Both the position numbers and the translations under genes were made by a program. A stretch of DNA of 64,000 nucleotides, taken from the NCBI GenBank assembly GCA_964016885.1, contig OZ024746.1, forward strand, positions 56,296,001 to 56,360,000. The letters are read 5' to 3'. Shown here in pieces: positions 13,438 through 28,224 of the stretch. Under the pieces are notes generated by a model. The model was not told the DNA's origin. It saw nothing but the letters and a program-made list of their open reading frames with translations, and searched no databases. This stretch comes from Eledone cirrhosa. Its lineage: Eukaryota. The stretch's first letter is position 1. Each line of letters starts with the position of its first letter.

Positions 13438-16400
13438 AAATTGAAACAAAATGAAAACGAAATTTCATTTCTCACTCTTAGTATGGCACTTACTTAAATG
13501 TAAGTATGCATGTATACGTACATACATATATGTATACAGACGTACAGTAGCATGCACATATATATACATATATACATACATATGCATACAGGTACACATA
13601 CATATATGCACGTATCAGTTTAGCGGCGCTTATTATAACGTTCCTGTGTCAGTGTTGAACAAAAAGGTGACGTGGTTGCCTTAACACCGTATGGCATAAA
13701 TTCAGGCTGTTCAGTTTGTTTACAAACGAACAAAGCGACGTTATAATAAGCGCCGCTAAACTGATACGTGCATATATGTATGTGTACCTGTATGCATATG
13801 TATGTATATATGTATATATATGTGCATGCTACTGTACGTCTGTATACATATATGTATGTACGTATACATGCATACTTACATTTAAGTAAGTGCCATACTA
13901 AGAGTGAGAAATGAAATTTCGTTTTCATTTTGTTTCAATTTATCGTTTTCGGTATGCCTGACCGATTTAACTCACTCAATATGCAAATTAGGCTGCTCAG
14001 CCTTAATTTTCATAAGGGAAGTATATACTTTCGAACGTTCAACTATCTGGCAGATGGGTAAACGGTGCTGATGATAGCTAACAAGCTTGAAACTAGTACA
14101 TCGTTCCTGTGTCAGTGTTGAACAAAAAGGTGACGTGGTTGCCTTAACACCGTATGGCATAAATTCAGGCTGTTCAGTTTGTTTACAAACGAACAAAGCG
14201 ACGTTATAATAAGCGCCGCTAAACTGATACGTGCATATATGTATGTGTACCTGTATGCATATGTATGTATATATGTATATATATGTGCATGCTACTGTAC
14301 GTCTGTATACATATATGTATGTACGTATACATGCATACTTACATTTAAGTAAGTGCCATACTAAGAGTGAGAAATGAAATTTCGTTTTCATTTTGTTTCA
14401 ATTTATCGTTTTCGGTATGCCTGACCGATTTAACTCACTCAATATGCAAATTAGGCTGCTCAGCCTTAATTTTCATAAGGGAAGTATATACTTTCGAACG
14501 TTCAACTATCTGGCAGATGGGTAAACGGTGCTGATGATAGCTAACAAGCTTGAAACTAGTACATCGTTCCTGTGTCAGTGTTGAACAAAAAGGTGACGTG
14601 GTTGCCTTAACACCGTATGGCATAAATTCAGGCTGTTCAGTTTGTTTACAAACGAACAAAGCGACGTTATAATAAGCGCCGCTAAACTGATACGTGCATA
14701 TATGTATGTGTACCTGTATGCATATGTATGTATATATGTATATATATGTGCATGCTACTGTACGTCTGTATACATATATGTATGTACGTATACATGCATA
14801 CTTACATTTAAGTAAGTGCCATACTAAGAGTGAGAAATGAAATTTCGTTTTCATTTTGTTTCAATTTATCGTTTTCGGTATGCCTGACCGATTTAACTCA
14901 CTCAATATGCAAATTAGGCTGCTCAGCCTTAATTTTCATAAGGGAAGTATATACTTTCGAACGTTCAACTATCTGGCAGATGGGTAAACGGTGCTGATGA
15001 TAGCTAACAAGCTTGAAACTAGTACATCGTTCCTGTGTCAGTGTTGAACAAAAAGGTGACGTGGTTGCCTTAACACCGTATGGCATAAATTCAGGCTGTT
15101 CAGTTTGTTTACAAACGAACAAAGCGACGTTATAATAAGCGCCGCTAAACTGATACGTGCATATATGTATGTGTACCTGTATGCATATGTATGTATATAT
15201 GTATATATATGTGCATGCTACTGTACGTCTGTATACATATATGTATGTACGTATACATGCATACTTACATTTAAGTAAGTGCCATACTAAGAGTGAGAAA
15301 TGAAATTTCGTTTTCATTTTGTTTCAATTTATCGTTTTCGGTATGCCTGACCGATTTAACTCACTCAATATGCAAATTAGGCTGCTCAGCCTTAATTTTC
15401 ATAAGGGAAGTATATACTTTCGAACGTTCAACTATCTGGCAGATGGGTAAACGGTGCTGATGATAGCTAACAAGCTTGAAACTAGTACATCGTTCCTGTG
15501 TCAGTGTTGAACAAAAAGGTGACGTGGTTGCCTTAACACCGTATGGCATAAATTCAGGCTGTTCAGTTTGTTTACAAACGAACAAAGCGACGTTATAATA
15601 AGCGCCGCTAAACTGATACGTGCATATATGTATGTGTACCTGTATGCATATGTATGTATATATGTATATATATGTGCATGCTACTGTACGTCTGTATACA
15701 TATATGTATGTACGTATACATGCATACTTACATTTAAGTAAGTGCCATACTAAGAGTGAGAAATGAAATTTCGTTTTCATTTTGTTTCAATTTATCGTTT
15801 TCGGTATGCCTGACCGATTTAACTCACTCAATATGCAAATTAGGCTGCTCAGCCTTAATTTTCATAAGGGAAGTATATACTTTCGAACGTTCAACTATCT
15901 GGCAGATGGGTAAACGGTGCTGATGATAGCTAACAAGCTTGAAACTAGTACATCGTTCCTGTGTCAGTGTTGAACAAAAAGGTGACGTGGTTGCCTTAAC
16001 ACCGTATGGCATAAATTCAGGCTGTTCAGTTTGTTTACAAACGAACAAAGCGACGTTATAATAAGCGCCGCTAAACTGATACGTGCATATATGTATGTGT
16101 ACCTGTATGCATATGTATGTATATATGTATATATATGTGCATGCTACTGTACGTCTGTATACATATATGTATGTACGTATACATGCATACTTACATTTAA
16201 GTAAGTGCCATACTAAGAGTGAGAAATGAAATTTCGTTTTCATTTTGTTTCAATTTATCGTTTTCGGTATGCCTGACCGATTTAACTCACTCAATATGCA
16301 AATTAGGCTGCTCAGCCTTAATTTTCATAAGGGAAGTATATACTTTCGAACGTTCAACTATCTGGCAGATGGGTAAACGGTGCTGATGATAGCTAACAAG

Positions 16401-16657
16401 CTTGAAACTAGTACATCGTTCCTGTGTCAGTGTTGAACAAAAAGGTGACGTGGTTGCCTTAACACCGTATGGCATAAATTCAGGCTGTTCAGTTTGTTTA
16501 CAAACGAACAAAGCGACGTTATAATAAGCGCCGCTAAACTGATACGTGCATATATGTATGTGTACCTGTATGCATATGTATGTATATATGTATATATATG
16601 TGCATGCTACTGTACGTCTGTATACATATATGTATGTACGTATACATGCATACTTAC

Positions 16658-16660
<3 letters not shown>
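13438..16660 (+). repeat. 463-bp tandem array (about 6.5 units) with a 5' inverted arm; retrozyme-like family A1
   Basis: Exact 463 spacing of repeated ORFs (13972, 14435, ... 16287). 13438-13640 is an inverted partial unit. (TA)n on both sides; one HHR per unit. Confidence 0.95.
14061..14105 (+). ncRNA. Minimal type I hammerhead (copies also start at 14524, 14987, 15450, 15913, 16376)
   Basis: aacggtg CTGATGA t agct aaca agct t GAAA cta GTA catcgtt. 7-bp stem I, 4-bp stem II, palindromic stem III ACTAGT; predicted cleavage after 14098. Confidence 0.92.
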
Positions 16661-16715
<55 letters not shown>

Positions 16716-16759
16716 GTGTATTCATATATATATATATATATATCGATAGTCGATCGACA

Positions 16760-16960
16760 AGATCCCAGGCCACATTCATTTAACGAGTTGGATGTAGCTC
16801 GTCAAATCGGACCGAGGAGATAGTGTTTCCATTAGTCTTTCTAATTGCTAGTATTAAATATCGGCCGCAACTTCAGGTCCTTGCTCAAGGCCCCAAACCA
16901 TCACCCGATCTAGGTATCGAAACCACAAACCTACGATTGCGAATCCACTTAGCCATGTAC
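16760..16960 (-). mobile_element. Second, degenerate tRNA-derived SINE
   Basis: Minus strand has an A-box-like tggctaagtgg, a B-box-like ggtttcgatacc, then ccttgagcaagg. Confidence 0.55.
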
Positions 16961-17540
16961 CGAAGAGGCCGGCGTCTGCCGGACTTATTAACCGAGCATT
17001 TGAGGGACGTACGACATGACTGGGGTAATCACGAAATACTTAACTTCCGATCCCTAGGCACTTTCTCTCTATATATATAAGTTTGCGGGATCCCATTTCA
17101 TCACGGATCACCAGAATCGCCAACAGGACGAAGTCGAATTTGATTTTCTGCCTAGGCTTTAGTTTCTCAAATAGTCTTAATTCCTCAACACATTTTCTAT
17201 AATATATATTTATCCTTGCACACATGCGCCCATTCTTACCTCGTTTGATGTAATACTTGCTCACACATTCACCCATCGAGTTATGTATGGCTTCGTTACG
17301 TAAGAAATACACACACACATAGCTTTATAAAGACCAAAAACAAACACGTACACAACTCTACGCTTACAATCACAGCTCAGAACTATATGTAGGTATATGT
17401 GTGTGTGTATGTCACACATGTAAATGTATATGCATATTTAATCTGGGTATAACAAAAATACAGTCTTTTTTTTCTATTGGGTGTGTGTTTGAATATAAGT
17501 TATATATATATATATATATATATGGATTTCGTTCAACATG

Positions 17541-17632
<92 letters not shown>

Positions 17633-18077
17633 CGTGTGTGTGTGGGCGTGTGTGCGTGTGTATGTACGTGTATCTGGTTGTACGTATTTGTGGGTCGGGG
17701 TGTGTGGGTGTGCACATGTAAGATTGATCTATGCCTACTAGATTAAATAGAATATTGAACACAGAAGACCGTTCTAGGTGAGTCACAGTGAATATAGTCA
17801 ATTAGGTAGTAAAATAGCGGATAAAAACGCCCAGGAATAAATATGTTCCATCGTCAGTAATTCTATCCAGGGGTTGATTTCTTCATCGATCTTCATAACG
17901 CAAAATTAACCACCAATCGCAGTTGCTGTTTGCCAAGATTTAATGGTATATTTGACTTCCAATATGTAAGTACGAACCAAGTGTGGTGGATTGCCAGAAT
18001 AAGTAGCGCATATTTTTTTTATATATATATACATATATGTAGCGCATATTTTTTTAATTATATATATACAAATATGT

Positions 18078-18129
<52 letters not shown>

Positions 18130-18362
18130 TGTCTTAAACGTATATACATATGTGTGCGTGTGTGTGCGTGTGTGTGTGTGAGTATGTATAGGAATGTATG
18201 TATATGTGTGTTTGTGTGTGTATATATATAGTTATGTTTATATATATTTGTATATATGCGTCTACATACAGAGACATACATATACATGAAGTAGTAACAA
18301 AGTCAAAAACATATATATTTGTATATATTTGTATATATTTGTATATATTTGTAAATATTTAA

Positions 18363-18397
<35 letters not shown>

Positions 18398-18665
18398 AAC
18401 GGAAAAAATGAAACGATATTTCATTTCCCACTCTTAGTACGGCTGTTACTTAAATATAAGTATGTACACGTACATACATATATGTATACCGACGTACAGT
18501 AGTATGTATATATATATATATACATACATGCACACATATATATATGCACGTATGGATTCACCGAACATTTATTATAATGCTCGGTGTGTTTGTAAACAAA
18601 CATCCCGTATTAAGCCGTAGTGTCTAGCAACCACCGTTGCTCGTTTGTTCAACACTGACAAAGGA

Positions 18666-18708
18666 ACGCTGTACTAGTTTCAAGCTTGTTAGCTATCGTC
18701 AGCAACGT
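18666..18708 (-). ncRNA. Minimal type I hammerhead (10 minus-strand copies, every 424 bp up to 22482-22524)
   Basis: acgttg CTGACGA t agct aaca agct t GAAA cta GTA cagcgt. Confidence 0.92.
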
Positions 18709-21700
18709 ATACCTTCCTGCCAGATTGTTGAACGTATATACTTACCTTATGCATATTAACGGCTGAGTAGCCCAATATGCATATCGAGTGGGTTAATCGG
18801 CCGGGTGCACCGAAAACGATAAACGGAAAAAATGAAACGATATTTCATTTCCCACTCTTAGTACGGCTGTTACTTAAATATAAGTATGTACACGTACATA
18901 CATATATGTATACCGACGTACAGTAGTATGTATATATATATATATACATACATGCACACATATATATATGCACGTATGGATTCACCGAACATTTATTATA
19001 ATGCTCGGTGTGTTTGTAAACAAACATCCCGTATTAAGCCGTAGTGTCTAGCAACCACCGTTGCTCGTTTGTTCAACACTGACAAAGGAACGCTGTACTA
19101 GTTTCAAGCTTGTTAGCTATCGTCAGCAACGTATACCTTCCTGCCAGATTGTTGAACGTATATACTTACCTTATGCATATTAACGGCTGAGTAGCCCAAT
19201 ATGCATATCGAGTGGGTTAATCGGCCGGGTGCACCGAAAACGATAAACGGAAAAAATGAAACGATATTTCATTTCCCACTCTTAGTACGGCTGTTACTTA
19301 AATATAAGTATGTACACGTACATACATATATGTATACCGACGTACAGTAGTATGTATATATATATATATACATACATGCACACATATATATATGCACGTA
19401 TGGATTCACCGAACATTTATTATAATGCTCGGTGTGTTTGTAAACAAACATCCCGTATTAAGCCGTAGTGTCTAGCAACCACCGTTGCTCGTTTGTTCAA
19501 CACTGACAAAGGAACGCTGTACTAGTTTCAAGCTTGTTAGCTATCGTCAGCAACGTATACCTTCCTGCCAGATTGTTGAACGTATATACTTACCTTATGC
19601 ATATTAACGGCTGAGTAGCCCAATATGCATATCGAGTGGGTTAATCGGCCGGGTGCACCGAAAACGATAAACGGAAAAAATGAAACGATATTTCATTTCC
19701 CACTCTTAGTACGGCTGTTACTTAAATATAAGTATGTACACGTACATACATATATGTATACCGACGTACAGTAGTATGTATATATATATATATACATACA
19801 TGCACACATATATATATGCACGTATGGATTCACCGAACATTTATTATAATGCTCGGTGTGTTTGTAAACAAACATCCCGTATTAAGCCGTAGTGTCTAGC
19901 AACCACCGTTGCTCGTTTGTTCAACACTGACAAAGGAACGCTGTACTAGTTTCAAGCTTGTTAGCTATCGTCAGCAACGTATACCTTCCTGCCAGATTGT
20001 TGAACGTATATACTTACCTTATGCATATTAACGGCTGAGTAGCCCAATATGCATATCGAGTGGGTTAATCGGCCGGGTGCACCGAAAACGATAAACGGAA
20101 AAAATGAAACGATATTTCATTTCCCACTCTTAGTACGGCTGTTACTTAAATATAAGTATGTACACGTACATACATATATGTATACCGACGTACAGTAGTA
20201 TGTATATATATATATATACATACATGCACACATATATATATGCACGTATGGATTCACCGAACATTTATTATAATGCTCGGTGTGTTTGTAAACAAACATC
20301 CCGTATTAAGCCGTAGTGTCTAGCAACCACCGTTGCTCGTTTGTTCAACACTGACAAAGGAACGCTGTACTAGTTTCAAGCTTGTTAGCTATCGTCAGCA
20401 ACGTATACCTTCCTGCCAGATTGTTGAACGTATATACTTACCTTATGCATATTAACGGCTGAGTAGCCCAATATGCATATCGAGTGGGTTAATCGGCCGG
20501 GTGCACCGAAAACGATAAACGGAAAAAATGAAACGATATTTCATTTCCCACTCTTAGTACGGCTGTTACTTAAATATAAGTATGTACACGTACATACATA
20601 TATGTATACCGACGTACAGTAGTATGTATATATATATATATACATACATGCACACATATATATATGCACGTATGGATTCACCGAACATTTATTATAATGC
20701 TCGGTGTGTTTGTAAACAAACATCCCGTATTAAGCCGTAGTGTCTAGCAACCACCGTTGCTCGTTTGTTCAACACTGACAAAGGAACGCTGTACTAGTTT
20801 CAAGCTTGTTAGCTATCGTCAGCAACGTATACCTTCCTGCCAGATTGTTGAACGTATATACTTACCTTATGCATATTAACGGCTGAGTAGCCCAATATGC
20901 ATATCGAGTGGGTTAATCGGCCGGGTGCACCGAAAACGATAAACGGAAAAAATGAAACGATATTTCATTTCCCACTCTTAGTACGGCTGTTACTTAAATA
21001 TAAGTATGTACACGTACATACATATATGTATACCGACGTACAGTAGTATGTATATATATATATATACATACATGCACACATATATATATGCACGTATGGA
21101 TTCACCGAACATTTATTATAATGCTCGGTGTGTTTGTAAACAAACATCCCGTATTAAGCCGTAGTGTCTAGCAACCACCGTTGCTCGTTTGTTCAACACT
21201 GACAAAGGAACGCTGTACTAGTTTCAAGCTTGTTAGCTATCGTCAGCAACGTATACCTTCCTGCCAGATTGTTGAACGTATATACTTACCTTATGCATAT
21301 TAACGGCTGAGTAGCCCAATATGCATATCGAGTGGGTTAATCGGCCGGGTGCACCGAAAACGATAAACGGAAAAAATGAAACGATATTTCATTTCCCACT
21401 CTTAGTACGGCTGTTACTTAAATATAAGTATGTACACGTACATACATATATGTATACCGACGTACAGTAGTATGTATATATATATATATACATACATGCA
21501 CACATATATATATGCACGTATGGATTCACCGAACATTTATTATAATGCTCGGTGTGTTTGTAAACAAACATCCCGTATTAAGCCGTAGTGTCTAGCAACC
21601 ACCGTTGCTCGTTTGTTCAACACTGACAAAGGAACGCTGTACTAGTTTCAAGCTTGTTAGCTATCGTCAGCAACGTATACCTTCCTGCCAGATTGTTGAA

Positions 21701-22961
21701 CGTATATACTTACCTTATGCATATTAACGGCTGAGTAGCCCAATATGCATATCGAGTGGGTTAATCGGCCGGGTGCACCGAAAACGATAAACGGAAAAAA
21801 TGAAACGATATTTCATTTCCCACTCTTAGTACGGCTGTTACTTAAATATAAGTATGTACACGTACATACATATATGTATACCGACGTACAGTAGTATGTA
21901 TATATATATATATACATACATGCACACATATATATATGCACGTATGGATTCACCGAACATTTATTATAATGCTCGGTGTGTTTGTAAACAAACATCCCGT
22001 ATTAAGCCGTAGTGTCTAGCAACCACCGTTGCTCGTTTGTTCAACACTGACAAAGGAACGCTGTACTAGTTTCAAGCTTGTTAGCTATCGTCAGCAACGT
22101 ATACCTTCCTGCCAGATTGTTGAACGTATATACTTACCTTATGCATATTAACGGCTGAGTAGCCCAATATGCATATCGAGTGGGTTAATCGGCCGGGTGC
22201 ACCGAAAACGATAAACGGAAAAAATGAAACGATATTTCATTTCCCACTCTTAGTACGGCTGTTACTTAAATATAAGTATGTACACGTACATACATATATG
22301 TATACCGACGTACAGTAGTATGTATATATATATATATACATACATGCACACATATATATATGCACGTATGGATTCACCGAACATTTATTATAATGCTCGG
22401 TGTGTTTGTAAACAAACATCCCGTATTAAGCCGTAGTGTCTAGCAACCACCGTTGCTCGTTTGTTCAACACTGACAAAGGAACGCTGTACTAGTTTCAAG
22501 CTTGTTAGCTATCGTCAGCAACGTATACCTTCCTGCCAGATTGTTGAACGTATATACTTACCTTATGCATATTAACGGCTGAGTAGCCCAATATGCATAT
22601 CGAGTGGGTTAATCGGCCGGGTGCACCGAAAACGATAAACGGAAAAAATGAAACGATATTTCATTTCCCACTCTTAGTACGGCTGTTACTTAAATATAAG
22701 TATGTACACGTACATACATATATGTATACCGACGTACAGTAGTATGTATATATATATATATACATACATGCACACATATATATATGCACGTATGGATTCA
22801 CCGAACATTTATTATAATGCTCGGTGTGTTTGTAAACAAACATCCCGTATTAAGCCGTAGTGTCTAGCAACCACCGTTGCTCGTTTGTTCAACACTGGGC
22901 TACTCAGCCGTTAATATGCATAAGGTAAGTATATACGTTCAACAATCTGGCAGGAAGGTAT

Positions 22962-23004
22962 ACGTTGCTGACGATAGCTAACAAGCTTGAAACTAGTACA
23001 GCGT
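22962..23004 (+). ncRNA. Minimal type I hammerhead (copies also start at 23386, 23810, 24234)
   Basis: Same motif as 18666-18708, on the plus strand. Confidence 0.92.
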
Positions 23005-24481
23005 TCCTTTGTCAGTGTTGAACAAACGAGCAACGGTGGTTGCTAGACACTACGGCTTAATACGGGATGTTTGTTTACAAACACACCGAGCATTATAATA
23101 AATGTTCGGTGAATCCATACGTGCATATATATATGTGTGCATGTATGTATATATATATATATACATACTACTGTACGTCGGTATACATATATGTATGTAC
23201 GTGTACATACTTATATTTAAGTAACAGCCGTACTAAGAGTGGGAAATGAAATATCGTTTCATTTTTTCCGTTTATCGTTTTCGGTGCACCCGGCCGATTA
23301 ACCCACTCGATATGCATATTGGGCTACTCAGCCGTTAATATGCATAAGGTAAGTATATACGTTCAACAATCTGGCAGGAAGGTATACGTTGCTGACGATA
23401 GCTAACAAGCTTGAAACTAGTACAGCGTTCCTTTGTCAGTGTTGAACAAACGAGCAACGGTGGTTGCTAGACACTACGGCTTAATACGGGATGTTTGTTT
23501 ACAAACACACCGAGCATTATAATAAATGTTCGGTGAATCCATACGTGCATATATATATGTGTGCATGTATGTATATATATATATATACATACTACTGTAC
23601 GTCGGTATACATATATGTATGTACGTGTACATACTTATATTTAAGTAACAGCCGTACTAAGAGTGGGAAATGAAATATCGTTTCATTTTTTCCGTTTATC
23701 GTTTTCGGTGCACCCGGCCGATTAACCCACTCGATATGCATATTGGGCTACTCAGCCGTTAATATGCATAAGGTAAGTATATACGTTCAACAATCTGGCA
23801 GGAAGGTATACGTTGCTGACGATAGCTAACAAGCTTGAAACTAGTACAGCGTTCCTTTGTCAGTGTTGAACAAACGAGCAACGGTGGTTGCTAGACACTA
23901 CGGCTTAATACGGGATGTTTGTTTACAAACACACCGAGCATTATAATAAATGTTCGGTGAATCCATACGTGCATATATATATGTGTGCATGTATGTATAT
24001 ATATATATATACATACTACTGTACGTCGGTATACATATATGTATGTACGTGTACATACTTATATTTAAGTAACAGCCGTACTAAGAGTGGGAAATGAAAT
24101 ATCGTTTCATTTTTTCCGTTTATCGTTTTCGGTGCACCCGGCCGATTAACCCACTCGATATGCATATTGGGCTACTCAGCCGTTAATATGCATAAGGTAA
24201 GTATATACGTTCAACAATCTGGCAGGAAGGTATACGTTGCTGACGATAGCTAACAAGCTTGAAACTAGTACAGCGTTCCTTTGTCAGTGTTGAACAAACG
24301 AGCAACGGTGGTTGCTAGACACTACGGCTTAATACGGGATGTTTGTTTACAAACACACCGAGCATTATAATAAATGTTCGGTGAATCCATACGTGCATAT
24401 ATATATGTGTGCATGTATGTATATATATATATATACATACTACTGTACGTCGGTATACATATATGTATGTACGTGTACATA

Positions 24482-24518
<37 letters not shown>

Positions 24519-25244
24519 TTCTTCACCTACTTACACCTGAGATGGGGGCATACATTACGATATTGGTAAATGGTCAGATATACCCAGCGTCTACATTGAT
24601 ATAATTCCCTGCAGCATTTACACAACACGACAATAATTCTTCGTGAGCAGTGTTGAGCATTGCACGACAAAGCGAATATAGCAGTCAAATGCTCCAATTA
24701 AAGCTAATTGAAATGAAACAAAATATGATGTTTATGGTGTGTATCTAGCCCCAAGTACTAATATATTTCCCACGTAAAACGTACAATTACAGAAACGTTA
24801 ATTCCCGCATCCCAATACAAAAATAGAGCGTATTTATTATAAATCGAACGCAAAACGTTTTCCGCTGATTTGTCAAACACCATATCGCATGTTCTACAAC
24901 TTTGGAGACGATTCCATTTGTTATATGGTGTTCACATATAGACATTCTTAGGAGAATAATTCATAATGTTAATAAGCCCCAAAACGTAGGATATTTATAC
25001 ATAAACAATAGAAACAACAGCATTCAGAGGAATGAGCAATAGAACTTTAACCATTATCAACTCAAAGGGTAGAACCGCCTATATCATAGCAGATATTATT
25101 GAGGTAATTTCGCACATTTTTCCTGCCACGCCATTCGTTGATGCGATCCTGAATTACAAGATAACTGCTTAATGTGTTCCAACAAGAAACAACGTGAATC
25201 AAGGCGGAATTATCATATATATATGTGTGTGTGATCTCTCTCTC

Positions 25245-25337
<93 letters not shown>

Positions 25338-26196
25338 TGATATATATATATATATATGTATATTGATATATATATATATATATATATGTATATTGATATA
25401 TATATATAGATATATATGTCAGAGAGAAGGAAACTGATTTCTATATCTAAACTACTTCGCCATTTAGTGAACAAAAGACAATTTCAATTCGTATATTACT
25501 CGCTTGTACACACACACAATTTTCCTGCTTATATACAAGGAGAACAAAATTTGTCTCCTCCACAGGCTTTCTGATAGACTAAATGGATCGACACAAGCAA
25601 TCTTCACCGCCATATTTTCGATGAATACATCTCGTTCGTCTGATCGACTGATTATGATAATGGCTATTCAGCGACTAATGCAATTGATTGGCCACATTGT
25701 CAGACACTTTAACCTCATTTCAAACCAAATTTGGTTCATTTGGAAGACAGATATAGCGCCGCCCATGTCTTAACAGAATTTCTATAGCATATATAGGTTT
25801 TTTTTTCAATTCTACTATTTTAGATAAATGCATTATATGGCAGTAAAGGAATTTGATTTAAATCACATAAATGGATTAACAAAGAAGCAAAATGTCCAAT
25901 GTTTAACCCAGGCCATTCTAGCTAATATGATAGCTACACTGCACAAATGTATTTAAGTTAAAATAGAATTCATCTATGCAGTCTTGGATGTATTTGCATG
26001 AGGCTCTTCGTGTGTTCGTTCCGCCAGGGAAGAGATGAAATGAAAATCAAACACATACACACATATGCACGCCCACAAACAAGCTCTCATACACGCACAC
26101 ACAAGCAAAAAATCTCGCACACACATATATATAGGAAAATGGAATTGAAAATACTATTGGGGTCTTTAAGAATTTCGAGTTACAGTAATTTATTAC

Positions 26197-26295
26197 ATTA
26201 CCGGTTTCATAAGTTTCCTGATTTTCTAAAGAAATGGTGAACTTTGTATATCTCTTACCTTTTGAAAATGATGAAACTTGTGAAACCGGTAGTTA
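26197..26295. repeat. Small imperfect palindrome with degenerate HHR-like arms
   Basis: taccggtttcataagtttc...gaaacttgtgaaaccggta. The right arm reads TTGAAAA...GAAA ccgg TA. Confidence 0.5.
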
Positions 26296-27105
26296 TATAT
26301 TATTGTGAATAAACCATAATGATATTTTAAACTTATTTTACCCTGTCTTGTATACCGTGCGGGCTATATTTAAGAAACCTTACGTTTGAATTATACATGT
26401 ATATATAATGTTTAATAGATTAATATATATATATAGATAAATAATGGGTGGAAACATAGACATATAATAGGCAACCAGACAGGCATAAAAATATATAGAA
26501 AATAGTTGGATAGATATATAGAATTGGATTATGTAGCCTGATCCAGTGAAGGCTTATATCAATTTAGCTTGACTTGAATGAATATAATGGAGTTATGACG
26601 TGAGTTTGGAAAGCTCCAAATTTGCAAGTGGGAATTGAAATAAAACATAGAAGAAATGCTAATTTACATGTATTTTATCAAAGGAAAATCCTGATTTAGT
26701 TTACTCGACATGGTAGATATTTCCGAATGGTAAAGGATAGCACGTGAGGATTGAAAGCAATATTTAAACCTATATATATATAAATACACGGGAGGTCGTA
26801 TCCTCGATATTAATTATATTGGCAAACAAATCCACAGGTGGAAATATTAGAATAAACGGTAATTTTAAAATATATAATTCCAAAAGATATAATTGGACAA
26901 TAGTCATGGGAGCACCAATATATATTATCATTCAGATTGGAAAAAAGTTTGTAAAACTGTCTGTGACAATATTTCATATTTTAATGAAGGCAGAAGACTA
27001 TACTTAGAAAATGGAGACAGCTTTTGTATATCACCATATTCCACTTCCCCAAGTATCAAGTACTCTGCTAAGTAATGGTCTAACCAGTTTCTAACTGAAT
27101 CAATC

Positions 27106-27231
<126 letters not shown>

Positions 27232-27358
27232 AAAGTTCTATTTAAAATGTTGGGATACAACAAGTAAATATTTTTATAACTGATATAAAACACTCGATAA
27301 GTATTTGGAGTAGATATACGATATTAACAAATGGAAACTATATTTATAAAACCATATT

Positions 27359-27423
27359 TATTTCATTATACATATTTCAAGGATACCAAGTTAAATTATG
27401 GTATGCCTTCATCAGACAAAATA
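27359..27423 (-). ncRNA. Type I hammerhead (family B), left arm of an inverted pair
   Basis: Reverse complement of 28046-28110; arms about 27316-27452 and 28017-28152. Confidence 0.85.
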
Positions 27424-28045
27424 CAATATATACCAGTTTTATAAATAGACATCGTGTGTATTTTCTGAGTGTGTGTGTATATATATATTTATGTATCTTT
27501 GCCTATGTGTACGCGCTATACGATAGGTAATTTCTCTAGCAATATATATAGTTTGTGATGTTTAAATTCCAATTTTTAATATATTGATCTCAATTTTTAA
27601 ACTAAATATCTAATCATAATTAAACAAAGATAAATTTCTCATATTATATACGTATATTCCATTCATGAATATTAATATTTCTAATTTTATTTATTTATTT
27701 CATCTCAATTGTTAACTAAACTTAATATGACATGACTTAAGGTTTTCGTTCTCTCCCCCTCTCTCTATCTCTGTATTTTCTCTCTCTTGAGTTCTTTCTC
27801 TCTGTCTGGTGGTTTGATATATCTCTGTTGTTTTCCTCTATTTTCTTTTTTTCTTTTTTCTTTCCTTTTTTCTTTATTTATCTCTCCCTTTCTTTTCTCC
27901 ACGTTTCTCTCTCTCCGTCTTTTTACTTATCCTTAACACTACGATTTACTAAAGTAAACAAACCACTATCCTTATGTCTTCCAAAAGTAACGGTCGCATT
28001 TTGAAAGGGTAAGTCAATGTCTATTTATAAAACTGGTATATATTG

Positions 28046-28110
28046 TATTTTATCTGATGAAGGCATACCATAATTTAACTTGGTATCCTTGAAATATGTA
28101 TAATGAAATA
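28046..28110 (+). ncRNA. Type I hammerhead (family B)
   Basis: tattttat CTGATGA agg-c-atacca taatttaact tggtat-cct t GAAA tatgta TA atgaaata. Confidence 0.88.
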
Positions 28111-28149
28111 AATATGGTTTTATAAATATAGTTTCCATTTGTTAATATC

Positions 28150-28221
<72 letters not shown>

Positions 28222-28224
<3 letters not shown>

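Larger units (their letters stand above)
18397..24487. repeat. 424-bp tandem array with central inversion (about 10.6 units on minus, about 3.75 on plus); retrozyme-like family A2
   Basis: Exact 424 periodicity; orientation switches at 22896-22897; flanked by (TA)n; homologous to the 463-bp unit. Confidence 0.95.

Noticed and set aside
13972-16715. Repeated 139-aa ORF (and the 60-aa ORF in the 424-bp array) as a tandem gene family
   Set aside because: Low-complexity, no recognisable domain, not conserved between subfamilies; the 139-aa ORF is antisense to the HHR.
13438-24487. CRISPR array
   Set aside because: Units repeat in full with no unique spacers, there are no cas genes, and the context is eukaryotic.
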